64,000 nt of DNA, from the IMG/VR virus record IMGVR_UViG_3300031733_000001. One strand, 5' to 3'. The notes under the pieces were generated by a model. That model was not told the origin of the DNA. It saw nothing but the letters and a program-made list of their open reading frames with translations, and did not search any database. Position numbers and translations under genes: made by a program. The stretch comes from an uncultured virus (IMG/VR IMGVR_UViG_3300031733_000001) (Duplodnaviria; Heunggongvirae; Uroviricota; Caudoviricetes). Shown here piece by piece: positions 8,758 to 18,422 of this stretch (position 1 is its first letter; the number at the start of each line of letters is the position of its first letter).

Positions 8758-9702
8758 ATGGCGGTTATCAAGGTCAAAATCTACGTCCCGGAGATCGCCA
8801 ATGTCCTCCTGCTGTTCGACACCATCGAGGTTCAGCGGTCGGAGGCTGGCTCACCCTACTCGGACGCCAAATCCATCACGGCCGATGCGGCCGCAGCCCC
8901 TGTCCTGGTGGGGACGGAGGAGGGCCCGTTCACCCTCCAGGGCCTGACTTTCAAGATCAAAGTGGATGGCGGGAACGAGCAGAGCCACACCTTCACGACC
9001 ACGGACCCCATCAGCATCGCCAATGTGGTCGGTGAGCTGGACGGTGCCCTCACCGGGGTCACGGTGTCGGACGACGGCACCGGCAAGCTGAAGATCGAGG
9101 GCAGCACCGTGGGGACGGCCGGCACGCTGGAGATCACCGGCGGCACGGGGTTGACCGAGCTGGGCTTCACCCAGGGCGACAAGGACAACGGCGAAGATCA
9201 ACACGTCACGCTGCAGGCGGGCGTGGACTCCTACGAGTACGACGACCAGAGCGGCGAGGCGTCGTACTGGTATCGGACCCGGTACCTCAACACCGTCTCC
9301 GACAACGTCAGCTCCTGGTCGGACTGGACGCAGGGCTCAACCGGTGGGGTCATCGATGCCGCCGAGCTCATCGTGGGGCGCATCCGGCTGGCGGACATCG
9401 ATGGTACCGCCCTGGTCGGCAGGCAGGTCACCCTGGTCAACGTCTTCAGCCCGCTCACTGCGGACGACCACTTCATCGCCGGTCGCTCGAAGGCGATCGA
9501 GACGGACGGTTCCGGCTACGCCGAGACCACGTTGATCAAGGGCTCGACCATCGACGTCATCGTGGAAGGCACCTCGGTGATCCGGCGCATCACGGTGCCA
9601 GACACAGGCACGGAGTTCGACCTCTTGGACCCGTCCCTACAGACGGATGATCCTTGGAATATCCAGGTGCCTGATTTACCATCGGCCGTGCGGAGGTCCT
9701 GA
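8758..9702 (+). CDS. virion structural protein with IN-motif-like insertion domain
   Basis: LTFKIKVDGG...VVGELDGAL...KLKIEG...ELGF module; C-terminus paralogous to 13612..14574. Confidence 0.7.
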   Translation: MAVIKVKIYVPEIANVLLLFDTIEVQRSEAGSPYSDAKSITADAAAAPVLVGTEEGPFTLQGLTFKIKVDGGNEQSHTFTTTDPISIANVVGELDGALTGVTVSDDGTGKLKIEGSTVGTAGTLEITGGTGLTELGFTQGDKDNGEDQHVTLQAGVDSYEYDDQSGEASYWYRTRYLNTVSDNVSSWSDWTQGSTGGVIDAAELIVGRIRLADIDGTALVGRQVTLVNVFSPLTADDHFIAGRSKAIETDGSGYAETTLIKGSTIDVIVEGTSVIRRITVPDTGTEFDLLDPSLQTDDPWNIQVPDLPSAVRRS

Positions 9703-11252
9703 TGCCTGGAAGAGGAAGCTACGGCCCTGGCGGCAAGTGGATCCATGACCGTGCTCACCGGATCATGGAGAAGAACCCGGAGATCGACAAGGGTGTAGCC
9801 TACGCTACCGCCACACAGCAGGCCCACAAGGTCGGCAAGAGCCCGAAGAAGTTCCGCACGGCACAGGGTGTCCGCGAAGCTAAGGCGAAGTTCAGCCTCC
9901 CCAAGAAGGAGTACCAGAAGACGGCGGAGGCGAAGCCTGAGAAGCGCATCGAAAAGATGATCGAGCAGCTACCCAAGGAGTTCCGTCCCCTGTTCAAGGG
10001 CCAGGGTGAGCCGGTCGAGAAGAAGGCCATGCATCCAGCCCTGGAGGGCGGTTTGTACAGCCTTGGTGGTGGCGCAGCGGGAATGGGGATAGGCGCGTTG
10101 GCCGGCAATCCGATGGCGGGGGCTGCTTTGGGGACCGGAGCTGGGACTGGTCTGTGGGCGGCACGGAAGATCTTCAAGGGCAAGCGCAAGCGAAAGAAGG
10201 AGAAGACCGCCCAGGTCCCGGCACATCCGTTCGAGTTCACGCTCAAGGGGATGCTGATCAAGGAGGCGCTCAGCAAGAAGAAACTGCAGCAAGCGCAGCG
10301 CCGGAAGGAGACGATCAAGGCAACACCGAAGATGCGGTACGAGTCTCCGGAAGAGGCAGGCAAGAAGCTGCTGGAGGCTGCTGGTGTCAAAGATCCCGGT
10401 GATGCGGGTGCGCGCTCGGCCAGAGAGAAGGCGCGCGCCAAAGGTATCGAGCAGCCCTACACCGCTCGTCAGCGCGCGGCCGGTGTTCCACCTCCCCCCA
10501 AGAAGAAGCCTGGACCGAAGGTGGAGATGAAGCCCCCGTCACGGGCAGGTGTGCGAAAGCTGGAGCCCAAGAAGCTGAAGCCCAAGACACTCGACGTCCC
10601 GACGCCCTCGTCGCAGACCGTCAAAAAGGTGACGAAGCAGGTGTCAAAACTCCGGCGCTATGGCGTGCCGATCGGCGCCGGCCTGGCGGGAGCTGCTGCG
10701 TTGGGCGGCGTGGCATACCTGGCGACCCGGAAGAAGAAGCAGCACCAGGAGGACATCGACAAGTTCTGGAAGGGCAAGCGGAAGACCGCGATGCTGGACG
10801 GCCTTATGGACGAGCTGGAGAAGATCTCCCAGGGCGGTGGGAGCCTGGCCAACCGGTTGCGTCTCGGGGCCTCCAGCCCGGCCGCACAGGCGTCGATCCA
10901 GGGTGCCGCGCAGGGCAACGTTGAGCCAGCCGCGTCGGCCGGGGGTGGGGCAGAGACCCCGCCGCCAGCTCCACCCCCACCGACGACCCCACCATCACCA
11001 GGTGGGGGAGACATCGGTGCGCCTAGCGCAGACCCCTTCGGTGGGGCTGGGGCTCCTGGTGGTGGTGACCCAATGGGCGGTGCCGGTGGTGGGGGTCCAC
11101 TGGGGCCCAGCGCCGGCGGAAGTCCGTTGGGAGGGGCCAATGCGCCGCCGCCCCCACCACCTCCGACTGGTGGCGGAGGGATCGGCGCGGGCAGCCTGCT
11201 CAGTCCCAAACGGCAGGGGGCGAGAGGACTGACGACGGAGGGCCCACCATGA
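9702..11252 (+). CDS. basic, glycine-zipper and Pro/Gly-rich polyprotein-like protein (putative head-internal cargo)
   Basis: Several K-x-A sites, GLMDELEKIS at 10800-10829, two Gly-zipper hydrophobic segments, Pro/Gly tail. Confidence 0.7.
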   Translation: MPGRGSYGPGGKWIHDRAHRIMEKNPEIDKGVAYATATQQAHKVGKSPKKFRTAQGVREAKAKFSLPKKEYQKTAEAKPEKRIEKMIEQLPKEFRPLFKGQGEPVEKKAMHPALEGGLYSLGGGAAGMGIGALAGNPMAGAALGTGAGTGLWAARKIFKGKRKRKKEKTAQVPAHPFEFTLKGMLIKEALSKKKLQQAQRRKETIKATPKMRYESPEEAGKKLLEAAGVKDPGDAGARSAREKARAKGIEQPYTARQRAAGVPPPPKKKPGPKVEMKPPSRAGVRKLEPKKLKPKTLDVPTPSSQTVKKVTKQVSKLRRYGVPIGAGLAGAAALGGVAYLATRKKKQHQEDIDKFWKGKRKTAMLDGLMDELEKISQGGGSLANRLRLGASSPAAQASIQGAAQGNVEPAASAGGGAETPPPAPPPPTTPPSPGGGDIGAPSADPFGGAGAPGGGDPMGGAGGGGPLGPSAGGSPLGGANAPPPPPPPTGGGGIGAGSLLSPKRQGARGLTTEGPP

Positions 11253-11461
11253 CCTTGGAAGCCTTCTTCGATGAGATGGAGAAGATTGCCCTGGTCGGTG
11301 CTGCCTCTGCCGTGCTGGCCAAGTCGATCCAGCATCCTCTGGCTGCCTACGCTGGCGTGCGGCGGATCAAGAAGGGCAAGTCGAAGCACGAGCAGACGAT
11401 GGAGGCCCTCCGCAGAGGCTACCCCGCCGGCTGGGTCTCCATGGGGATGAGGCCGCGGTGA
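11249..11461 (+). CDS. small basic protein with N-terminal AFFDEMEKIA signature
   Basis: GGAGG RBS; coupled to upstream stop; signature at 11261-11290. Confidence 0.75.
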   Translation: MTLEAFFDEMEKIALVGAASAVLAKSIQHPLAAYAGVRRIKKGKSKHEQTMEALRRGYPAGWVSMGMRPR

Positions 11462-11462
11462 C

Positions 11463-12884
11463 ATGCTGCTCCGGAAGCTCGCCGCCATAGCCCTGCCTGC
11501 GAAGGGCGAGTTCGCTCCGGGAATCCCCTCCCAACGGAAAATTCTACCTGTCCCAAGGGTGGGCTCGACCCGCCCGGAGGCCTGGGGCATGGCCCTGCAG
11601 GAGCACGCTGCACGGCGCGCAGGTGCCCACATAGATCTCCGGCTTGTGGATAAGTCAGGCCGCGCACATTCTTGGGTCATTCCGAAAGGTTCACTACCAA
11701 AGCCAGGGGAAAAGATAGGAGTTCTTCCACAGCCTACCCACACCCGTGAATACGCAGAACGTAAGGGAAAATTCACGATCCCTGCGGGCTACGGCGCCGG
11801 CGAGGTGCGATCAGGTGGGCTCAAACCCGTTGAAGTAGTGCGCTCTGAGCCTGGTCGACTGCTGCGCTTCAACGTCTACGGCGGCAAGAAGGAGGGCAAC
11901 CAGGAGTTCGCCCTGGTCACGACCCCCAAGGGACAGCTGCTGCACAACATTTCAGCCACTGCGGAATCGGGTGTGCGGGGCATCGGCGGCCACGAGATCC
12001 CCAGCTCGAAGCCGAAGTACCGGGAGCGGGAGGTCTCAGCGGTCTCCTTCGATGACGAACGGGAGGTTCACCAGGCGAAGGTAGACGGCGCCCACGTGAC
12101 GTTCCACCTCCGGGCTGGCAAACCGGTCAAGATCTTCTCCCACCGGCCCACAGAGCGCGCCACAGGCGTCCTGGAGCACAGCCACAAGCTACCGCGGTTC
12201 CGGGAGCTGACGGCGCCTCCTGGGCTCGCTGGGACGGTCCTACGGGGTGAGCTCTACGGGGAGAAGGGTGGCCGGGCCATCCCGGCGGAGCAGACCGGTG
12301 GGCTCCTCAACGCCTCGGTCTGGAAGAGCCGGGAGCGGCAGAAGCAGCTGGGGGCCAAGCTCAAGCCCGTCATCTTCGACGTGGTGCGTTACCAGGGCCG
12401 GGACGTGGAGGGGCAGCCCTACGAGCAGAAGCTGAAGATCTTGGAGGAGGTGCAGCGCAAAGTTCCACGGCTGAAGATGCCTCCTACGGCTCGGACATCA
12501 CGGGAGAAAGAGGCCCTACTGGCTAGGATCCAAGCCGGTAAGGAACCCATCACCCGGGAGGGCATCGTGTCCTGGAATCTGGACAGCCCGCGGCCCACCA
12601 AGGCCAAGTTCCGGCCGGACGTGGATGCCGAGGTGGTCGGTGTGACTCCGGGCCGCGGGAAGCACGAGGGGCGCATCGGGGCGCTGCAGGTGCGGTTACC
12701 TGGCCGCAGCGCGGTGACCAACGTGGGGACCGGCCTGAGTGACCGGCTGCGGGAGCAGATCTCCAGGGACCCGAAGGCCTACGTCGGCCGGGTGGCCAAG
12801 GTCCGCACGCAGCAGGTGTTCAAGAGCGGGAAGCTGAGAGCGCCCTCGTTCGGCGGCTTCCACATTGAGAAGGGGAAGCAATGA
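11463..12884 (+). CDS. LigD-type 3'-phosphoesterase domain fused to ATP-dependent DNA ligase
   Basis: PE domain: QEH...HIDLRL...SWVIPKG...HTREY...GYGAG. Ligase: KVDG, GELY, FDVV, EGIV, KAK, VGTGLSD, LRAPSF. Confidence 0.9.
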   Translation: MLLRKLAAIALPAKGEFAPGIPSQRKILPVPRVGSTRPEAWGMALQEHAARRAGAHIDLRLVDKSGRAHSWVIPKGSLPKPGEKIGVLPQPTHTREYAERKGKFTIPAGYGAGEVRSGGLKPVEVVRSEPGRLLRFNVYGGKKEGNQEFALVTTPKGQLLHNISATAESGVRGIGGHEIPSSKPKYREREVSAVSFDDEREVHQAKVDGAHVTFHLRAGKPVKIFSHRPTERATGVLEHSHKLPRFRELTAPPGLAGTVLRGELYGEKGGRAIPAEQTGGLLNASVWKSRERQKQLGAKLKPVIFDVVRYQGRDVEGQPYEQKLKILEEVQRKVPRLKMPPTARTSREKEALLARIQAGKEPITREGIVSWNLDSPRPTKAKFRPDVDAEVVGVTPGRGKHEGRIGALQVRLPGRSAVTNVGTGLSDRLREQISRDPKAYVGRVAKVRTQQVFKSGKLRAPSFGGFHIEKGKQ

Positions 12885-13603
12885 TCGACCTCGTAGCATT
12901 CTACGATGAGATGGAAAAGATCGCGTTCGGGTGGGAAGACATCAAGCGTGTGGGACGGATGGCGAAGAAGCGCATGATCAAGGCCCCACGATCGTCCCAG
13001 ATCGTGGGGATGGGCCCGTCTGCGTATCCGGGCGGCACGCAGCGGATGGCTGTCACCCAGGCACAGGAGATGGCTCAAGCTGGTCATATCCCCCAGGCGT
13101 CGGTCGAGGCTACCAAGAAGCTCTACGGCCAGATCGGTGGGCGTATTGCTACGCCGAGGCGTGGTGGCATGGTCGGCGCTCTGACCGGCGAGGCTGCCCA
13201 GGAAGTAGGTCTGCCAGCGGCCAAGACCCTGACCGGCAAGGGCAAGCGTGCGATCGAGTCGGTGGGGTACGGCCACGAGCTGGATGAGCTAGCTCTCGGC
13301 AAGAAGAAGCTGCAGCCCTTCTTCGGTGGTACCTTTGGGCACGCCCACCCTGATGTGATCTTGAGGGAGCGCAACCGACTGTTGACGCTCCCGCCTGAGG
13401 TGCGTGGTGAGGTGGGAGGGGTCTTCGGGAAGCTCCGCCAGGTTGGTGGGGAGGAGGCTCTGCTCGAGCGCGCGACACGCGGTGTCTCCGGTCGAGGACT
13501 GACGCATACCAGCGGGCCGCGGCTGAGCAGGCATGCGCGGAAGCGGATCTCCAAGCGGATGGAAGAGCTTGCCAAAGAGCAGGCTGGTTCCGAGTTCATG
13601 TAG
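12881..13603 (+). CDS. basic protein with N-terminal AFYDEMEKIA signature and HELDE...GH...E motif
   Basis: Signature at 12896-12925; GHELDE and GHAHPDVILRE. Confidence 0.75.
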   Translation: MIDLVAFYDEMEKIAFGWEDIKRVGRMAKKRMIKAPRSSQIVGMGPSAYPGGTQRMAVTQAQEMAQAGHIPQASVEATKKLYGQIGGRIATPRRGGMVGALTGEAAQEVGLPAAKTLTGKGKRAIESVGYGHELDELALGKKKLQPFFGGTFGHAHPDVILRERNRLLTLPPEVRGEVGGVFGKLRQVGGEEALLERATRGVSGRGLTHTSGPRLSRHARKRISKRMEELAKEQAGSEFM

Positions 13604-13611
13604 GAGTCGTT

Positions 13612-14574
13612 ATGGCCATCGAGACCGTCAAGTTCTACCTCACTGATCAGAATACAGACCCGATCCTCGGAGTTTTGGTCCGTGTTTTCGATGCTACCGG
13701 CACCACCCTCATCACCCAGGACATGACTGTGGACGTGGGTGGAGACGCGGTGGCCGAAGTGAGTATCGATGGGGACGACCCCCCGATCCAGTACACCATC
13801 CGTATGTCCAAGACCGGAGTGGCCTTCGACGGCAGCCTGGGGGACGACAGCAAGAGCCCCCAGCTCATCGAGATCTACTCCCCGCCGGCGAACGCACCCA
13901 CGGGGAAGAACGACTTCGACATCCAGGGCGAGACGTTCACCATGCCGGTGGCCACCGACCCACGGCTCTGCCGGGCGAGCGGCTTCTTCAAGGACGCCGC
14001 CGGCCGGGCGCTGGTCGGGCTGGACATGAGCTTCATGAACCAGTTCAAGCCGGCCATCGTGGACGGGTACGGTGTGCTGGGCTCCAAGATCCAGCTCCGC
14101 ACGGACGAGGACGGCTATGCCCAGCTGGACATGTACCGCAACGGGGAGTACCGAGCGATCGTGGAGAGCATCCAAGCGGCCGAGGCTGACACGACCGGGG
14201 CCATCATCTTCGACCGGGAGATCGTGGTGCCGGACAGGTCCTCGGTCAACCTGGTCGACCTGCTCTTCCCGGTGGTGAAGGAGATCACCTGGGACCCGGT
14301 GTCTGTCTCCCTGGCTGCCGGCGACACGCTCGAGCTGACCCCGACCGTCGTGGCTTCCGACTACCGCACGCTGGAGGGCTCCGCCTGCCAGGACGTGCTC
14401 TACGAGATCGCCGATACCGATGTCGCTCTTGTCTCCGTGGAGGAGGACAAACTTGTGATCACCGGTGTGGCTGCAGGCGTTACAGAGCTGACAGCCACCC
14501 GGAGAGATCAGACCGTCGTCTTCATCCCCTCCGCAGGCATCACGGGATCGCCACTGACGATCACCGTGACCTAG
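13612..14574 (+). CDS. virion structural protein with C-terminal Ig-like (Big_2-type) domain
   Basis: SVSLAAGDTLELTPTV...DTDVA.V....VITGVAAGVTELTAT; AGGAG RBS. Confidence 0.7.
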   Translation: MAIETVKFYLTDQNTDPILGVLVRVFDATGTTLITQDMTVDVGGDAVAEVSIDGDDPPIQYTIRMSKTGVAFDGSLGDDSKSPQLIEIYSPPANAPTGKNDFDIQGETFTMPVATDPRLCRASGFFKDAAGRALVGLDMSFMNQFKPAIVDGYGVLGSKIQLRTDEDGYAQLDMYRNGEYRAIVESIQAAEADTTGAIIFDREIVVPDRSSVNLVDLLFPVVKEITWDPVSVSLAAGDTLELTPTVVASDYRTLEGSACQDVLYEIADTDVALVSVEEDKLVITGVAAGVTELTATRRDQTVVFIPSAGITGSPLTITVT

Positions 14575-14880
14575 ATGTTGTTGGTGGTGCAGCAGTGCCG
14601 GCCAGCCGGGCAGGGTGAGAAGCTACTCCTGGCGGCTATCATCCGGCGCGCTGCCTTCGACATCGCGCTCTACAAGGGCTCGAAGAAGCTGTCCCGGCGG
14701 AGGCTCTGGGAGGGAGCATTCCACTGGATGATGAGTGATCGGGACGATTACTTTACATCCTTCGTCAGCATCTGTAACCTGCTAGATCAAGATCCCAATG
14801 AAATCAGGCGCAAAGCCCTGAAGCTGACCCGCAAGGACGTGAAGAAGTACGACATGGTGGACACGCATGGCCGGCTATAA
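14575..14880 (+). CDS. conserved small phage hypothetical protein
   Basis: LLLAAII..A..D...A..W..S.......SF..IC..L..DP..IR pattern recalled from phage hypothetical proteins. Confidence 0.6.
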   Translation: MLLVVQQCRPAGQGEKLLLAAIIRRAAFDIALYKGSKKLSRRRLWEGAFHWMMSDRDDYFTSFVSICNLLDQDPNEIRRKALKLTRKDVKKYDMVDTHGRL

Positions 14881-17422
14881 GGATGAGGAGATCGAGGCTG
14901 AAGTCTCTCGCTACGTGCAGAGCACGGTCAAGATCCAGACAGATCCTCTCGGTCCCGTGGACCTGGGGGCGAAGTTCACCGAGGTCATCGCACTCTTCTC
15001 TTCCACACTGACCTACGACCCGAACGCCATCTTCTACCTGATCTACCTGGCTACCAACCGGCTGAACAAGGCAGTGGCCAACACCATCGAGTACGTGGAG
15101 GACATCGAGGACGCCGTCGCCGAGGTCAGCAAGACCACCAAGGACGTCAGCCGCACGACCCTTCTGGGGGACGCCGCGGCCGCGCTGCTGACGGTCGATC
15201 AGATCCTCACGAACAACAACGCCATCAGCAGCCGGGCCTTCGATCGCTACAAGCAGGCGATCAACGACTTCACCAGCGTCTCCCTGGCCCCGAACATCAA
15301 GGACGCCGGGGAGATTGTGCGTCCGCCGCAGCTGGCGCGCAGTGAGACCATCACCACCCTCAGCGATCTGTCAGACGCCTACGGGGAGATCTTGGAGGTG
15401 CTCGCTCAGATCCAGCTGATGCTCGGGGAATTCCTCGCCCTGAACCTGGGCGTGGTGGCTATCCGGGACACCGTCCGCACAGCGCGGGAAGATCTGCGTG
15501 ACCTGCAGGACTACTTCGACAGCACGACCAACACGCGGGACGACAAGATCGCCAAGTGCCGTGAGGCGTACCTGACGCTCACGGCCGGCAAGTCGGTGCT
15601 GAACAACTTCACCACGGTGACCGACCCGACCGAGCCGCGCCTATCCTCCTCGAGCACGGTCATCGGTCAGCTGGCCGTGCCAGTCGGCGACCTGGGCGAG
15701 CTGGTGGCTCCCTCGGTGGAGTGCACAAAGTCCGGCCCCTGGGCCATCATCGCCAGTAACAACGAGCTGAAGATCGGAGAGGACGGCAACGCGTCTACTA
15801 CCTACACGATCACTCCACCTTCCCAGCCGAGTCTGACCGGTGGGAACTACGGCCCGTTCGAAGTCGCACCTACGGTGGCAGACCCCAGCGCGCAGCGTGA
15901 CCGGATGGAGATCGACAGCCTGTCTCCGACCATCACGCTGACGGCGGGAGCTGGCCGGACAGCTGCCCAGATTGTATCGGACATCAGCTCCTGGATCACA
16001 GCGAACTACCCAGGGGACTACAGCGCCTCGGTGTCCGCGGTCGGCGGCAAGAACTACGTCAAGATCACCAAGACGAAGAACGGCATCCAGCGCCTCCGCA
16101 TGACGGCGGACGATGCAACCGATCGTGACCGCATCATCGGGGCCTACGGGGTCCTGGGCTTCTACGAGGGCCAGGAGGATGACAACGCCGGTGTATCTGC
16201 AGCGGAGGTCGCCGAGCTCATCAACGCTGTCGGCAAGGTCACTGCCACGGTCGAGACGACCACCTTCGAGGAAGGGACAGACGATGGAGAGATCACCGGC
16301 ACGGCCACGTTCAGGGTAGCCGCGGGAACATTCGCATCGCTCTCCCATGCTGATGACCAGCTGTTGATACGCTCCGGGGAGAGCGTGGGGTACCACAGGA
16401 TCGTCTCTATCGCTACCGGAGGCGGGTACGATACGGTCACGGTGTCCACCTCGACGCCCTTCCATACCACCGAGACCGATCTCTCCTGGCTGGTACTCCG
16501 GGAGCTGCTGGTCATCACGTCCAAGTCCACAGGCTTGGACGCTGCTCTGGAGGTCGCCGCGGCCAACGGAAACACCACGCTCGGCTTCACTGTGGGCACT
16601 ACCTACGGGACCACGACCGGGTTCGAGGTGATCAACGGCTCCGGGGTGGCCCTAGATCTAAGCCGCTACGATATCGTGGTGGATGATATCGTGCGGTTGG
16701 TGGACTCTACTGACACCGCCACGTTCCACACCATCATCGAGATCTCAGACGACAACAAGCAGGTCGAGCTGGACCCGCCGGTGAGCCTGGGGAGGACGAT
16801 CACCGAGTTCAAGATCTACAGCGCCGCCGCGGTGGCCTACGAGGCCTTCATCGAAGACGTGGAGGCGTGGGATACCATGCGGGGGGCATCGGACTACGCG
16901 GAGGACATCAGCGAGCTCGAGCGGGTGATGAACCCTCTCCTGGTCAATAAGAATCCCTCCCGGGCCCAGGTGTCAGACGCGGAAGATGCGGTCGTGGAGT
17001 TGAAGGCACTGCTGACCAACACTTCGCCGCAAGGGCTCACGGAGGTGTTGACCGGCTTTGAAGTGGCGGCCGTCCCACGCATCGATGCTGCCCTGCGCAT
17101 GCTCGTAGAGCGTGGGCTGGACCGGGCCTACGACGAGCTGCTGGACGGGAACGTGGAAGGCTTCTTCGGCATGGACAAGGACGACGCCGGTAGCGGATCC
17201 TACATGCTGAAACAGATGAGAACCGTTGTACAAAGCGACCTCCCAGTGTCCAAGCTGGAGGACGACGCGGATGATCTGATTCACGACGTTCTAGCAGAGG
17301 AGACGGATGCGGATTACGATTACAGCGATGAGGATGAGGACGAGAACATCGAAATCCTTGGGGAAGTGCCCGACTTTGATGACGACGATATAGCTGACGA
17401 GACGAGCAGGATCAGGTACTGA
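14867..17422 (+). CDS. large baseplate-associated structural protein
   Basis: 851 aa; helical termini, central beta-rich IN-motif-like modules, acidic tail; lies upstream of the gp25/J genes. Confidence 0.65.
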   Translation: MAGYKDEEIEAEVSRYVQSTVKIQTDPLGPVDLGAKFTEVIALFSSTLTYDPNAIFYLIYLATNRLNKAVANTIEYVEDIEDAVAEVSKTTKDVSRTTLLGDAAAALLTVDQILTNNNAISSRAFDRYKQAINDFTSVSLAPNIKDAGEIVRPPQLARSETITTLSDLSDAYGEILEVLAQIQLMLGEFLALNLGVVAIRDTVRTAREDLRDLQDYFDSTTNTRDDKIAKCREAYLTLTAGKSVLNNFTTVTDPTEPRLSSSSTVIGQLAVPVGDLGELVAPSVECTKSGPWAIIASNNELKIGEDGNASTTYTITPPSQPSLTGGNYGPFEVAPTVADPSAQRDRMEIDSLSPTITLTAGAGRTAAQIVSDISSWITANYPGDYSASVSAVGGKNYVKITKTKNGIQRLRMTADDATDRDRIIGAYGVLGFYEGQEDDNAGVSAAEVAELINAVGKVTATVETTTFEEGTDDGEITGTATFRVAAGTFASLSHADDQLLIRSGESVGYHRIVSIATGGGYDTVTVSTSTPFHTTETDLSWLVLRELLVITSKSTGLDAALEVAAANGNTTLGFTVGTTYGTTTGFEVINGSGVALDLSRYDIVVDDIVRLVDSTDTATFHTIIEISDDNKQVELDPPVSLGRTITEFKIYSAAAVAYEAFIEDVEAWDTMRGASDYAEDISELERVMNPLLVNKNPSRAQVSDAEDAVVELKALLTNTSPQGLTEVLTGFEVAAVPRIDAALRMLVERGLDRAYDELLDGNVEGFFGMDKDDAGSGSYMLKQMRTVVQSDLPVSKLEDDADDLIHDVLAEETDADYDYSDEDEDENIEILGEVPDFDDDDIADETSRIRY

Positions 17423-17769
17423 TGGCGACGAAGACGAAGAGCAAGGCCAGCACCAAGGCGAAGCAGACCCGCCTCAATCTCAAGATGCGGGAGGTGCTGG
17501 CCAGGTCCTATGCCTTTGTCCGCAGCCGGGAGTACACTGAGACTGTCGCCAACATCACCTACGAGGAGCTGCTGGACAAGGCCATCGATCGTATCGAGGG
17601 GACCAAGGGGAGGAGCGATGTTCGATCCACCCGGATGGACCGGGTGCAGAAGATCAAGAACGAGATCGAGAGTGCGGTGGACACGGTGAAGAAGTTGCCG
17701 CCGAGCTACTGGGCTCTGGACAGCGACGACCGGATAGACCCGAAGGACGCTCAGAACACGGAGGAGTAG
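17422..17769 (+). CDS. hypothetical protein
   Basis: Coupled TGATG start; stop abuts the next gene. Confidence 0.65.
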   Translation: MATKTKSKASTKAKQTRLNLKMREVLARSYAFVRSREYTETVANITYEELLDKAIDRIEGTKGRSDVRSTRMDRVQKIKNEIESAVDTVKKLPPSYWALDSDDRIDPKDAQNTEE

Positions 17770-18420
17770 ATGGACCTTCAGTTCATCCAGTTCAACGATG
17801 CGCTTGAGCTGACCGGCGCGCGGGAGATCCCGGACTACTACCCCAGGACGCTCGAGCTGACAGGGGTAGACCTGAGCAACGCCATCGAGGTTCTGATCAA
17901 CGAGATCTCGTCACCCTCCTTTGTGATCGCCAGCAAGAAGGTCATCTATGCGGAGGTGCCAGAGGCCCTGACACGCTACGTGATCCGCAACATCTCGGTG
18001 TTGAGCTCCGACTTCACGGCCACCATCAGGAGCCGCATCCGCTTCCGGCTGGGGCAGGATCCCCAGAAGGCGACCGGCCTGAAGGCCATGATGCAGACCT
18101 TCCTGAAGATCTTGTTCACCACCTCCGGCACCGACGCCTTCGCGAAGAAGGTGGGTGGAAGCGGCTTGAAGAACATCGGCCGGAACTTCGACGTTGGGCA
18201 GAGCGCAACCATCGTGTCCGACTTCGCCATCTCAGTGCGGAGTGCGGAGTCCCAGATGAGGTCGCTGCAGGCCAAGCAGCCGCGGCTGGACGATGACGAG
18301 CGCCTGCTGTCGGCGAACCTCCTCAACGCCAAGTTCGATGTGAACCTCACGGCCCTCATCGCCCGTGTCGAGCTGATCGCACAGTCCGGCCGGATGGCCA
18401 TAGCGAACCTGGAGCTGTAG
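17770..18420 (+). CDS. baseplate wedge / sheath-initiator (gp25-like) protein
   Basis: G...M.Q...KILFTT.GTD.F....G.GL...ERL pattern; immediately upstream of baseplate J. Confidence 0.6.
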   Translation: MDLQFIQFNDALELTGAREIPDYYPRTLELTGVDLSNAIEVLINEISSPSFVIASKKVIYAEVPEALTRYVIRNISVLSSDFTATIRSRIRFRLGQDPQKATGLKAMMQTFLKILFTTSGTDAFAKKVGGSGLKNIGRNFDVGQSATIVSDFAISVRSAESQMRSLQAKQPRLDDDERLLSANLLNAKFDVNLTALIARVELIAQSGRMAIANLEL

Positions 18421-18422
18421 CA

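Noticed and set aside
10830..11250. G/C-run-rich stretch as a structured ncRNA or G-quadruplex element
   Set aside because: Explained by Pro/Gly codons of the 9702..11252 tail.
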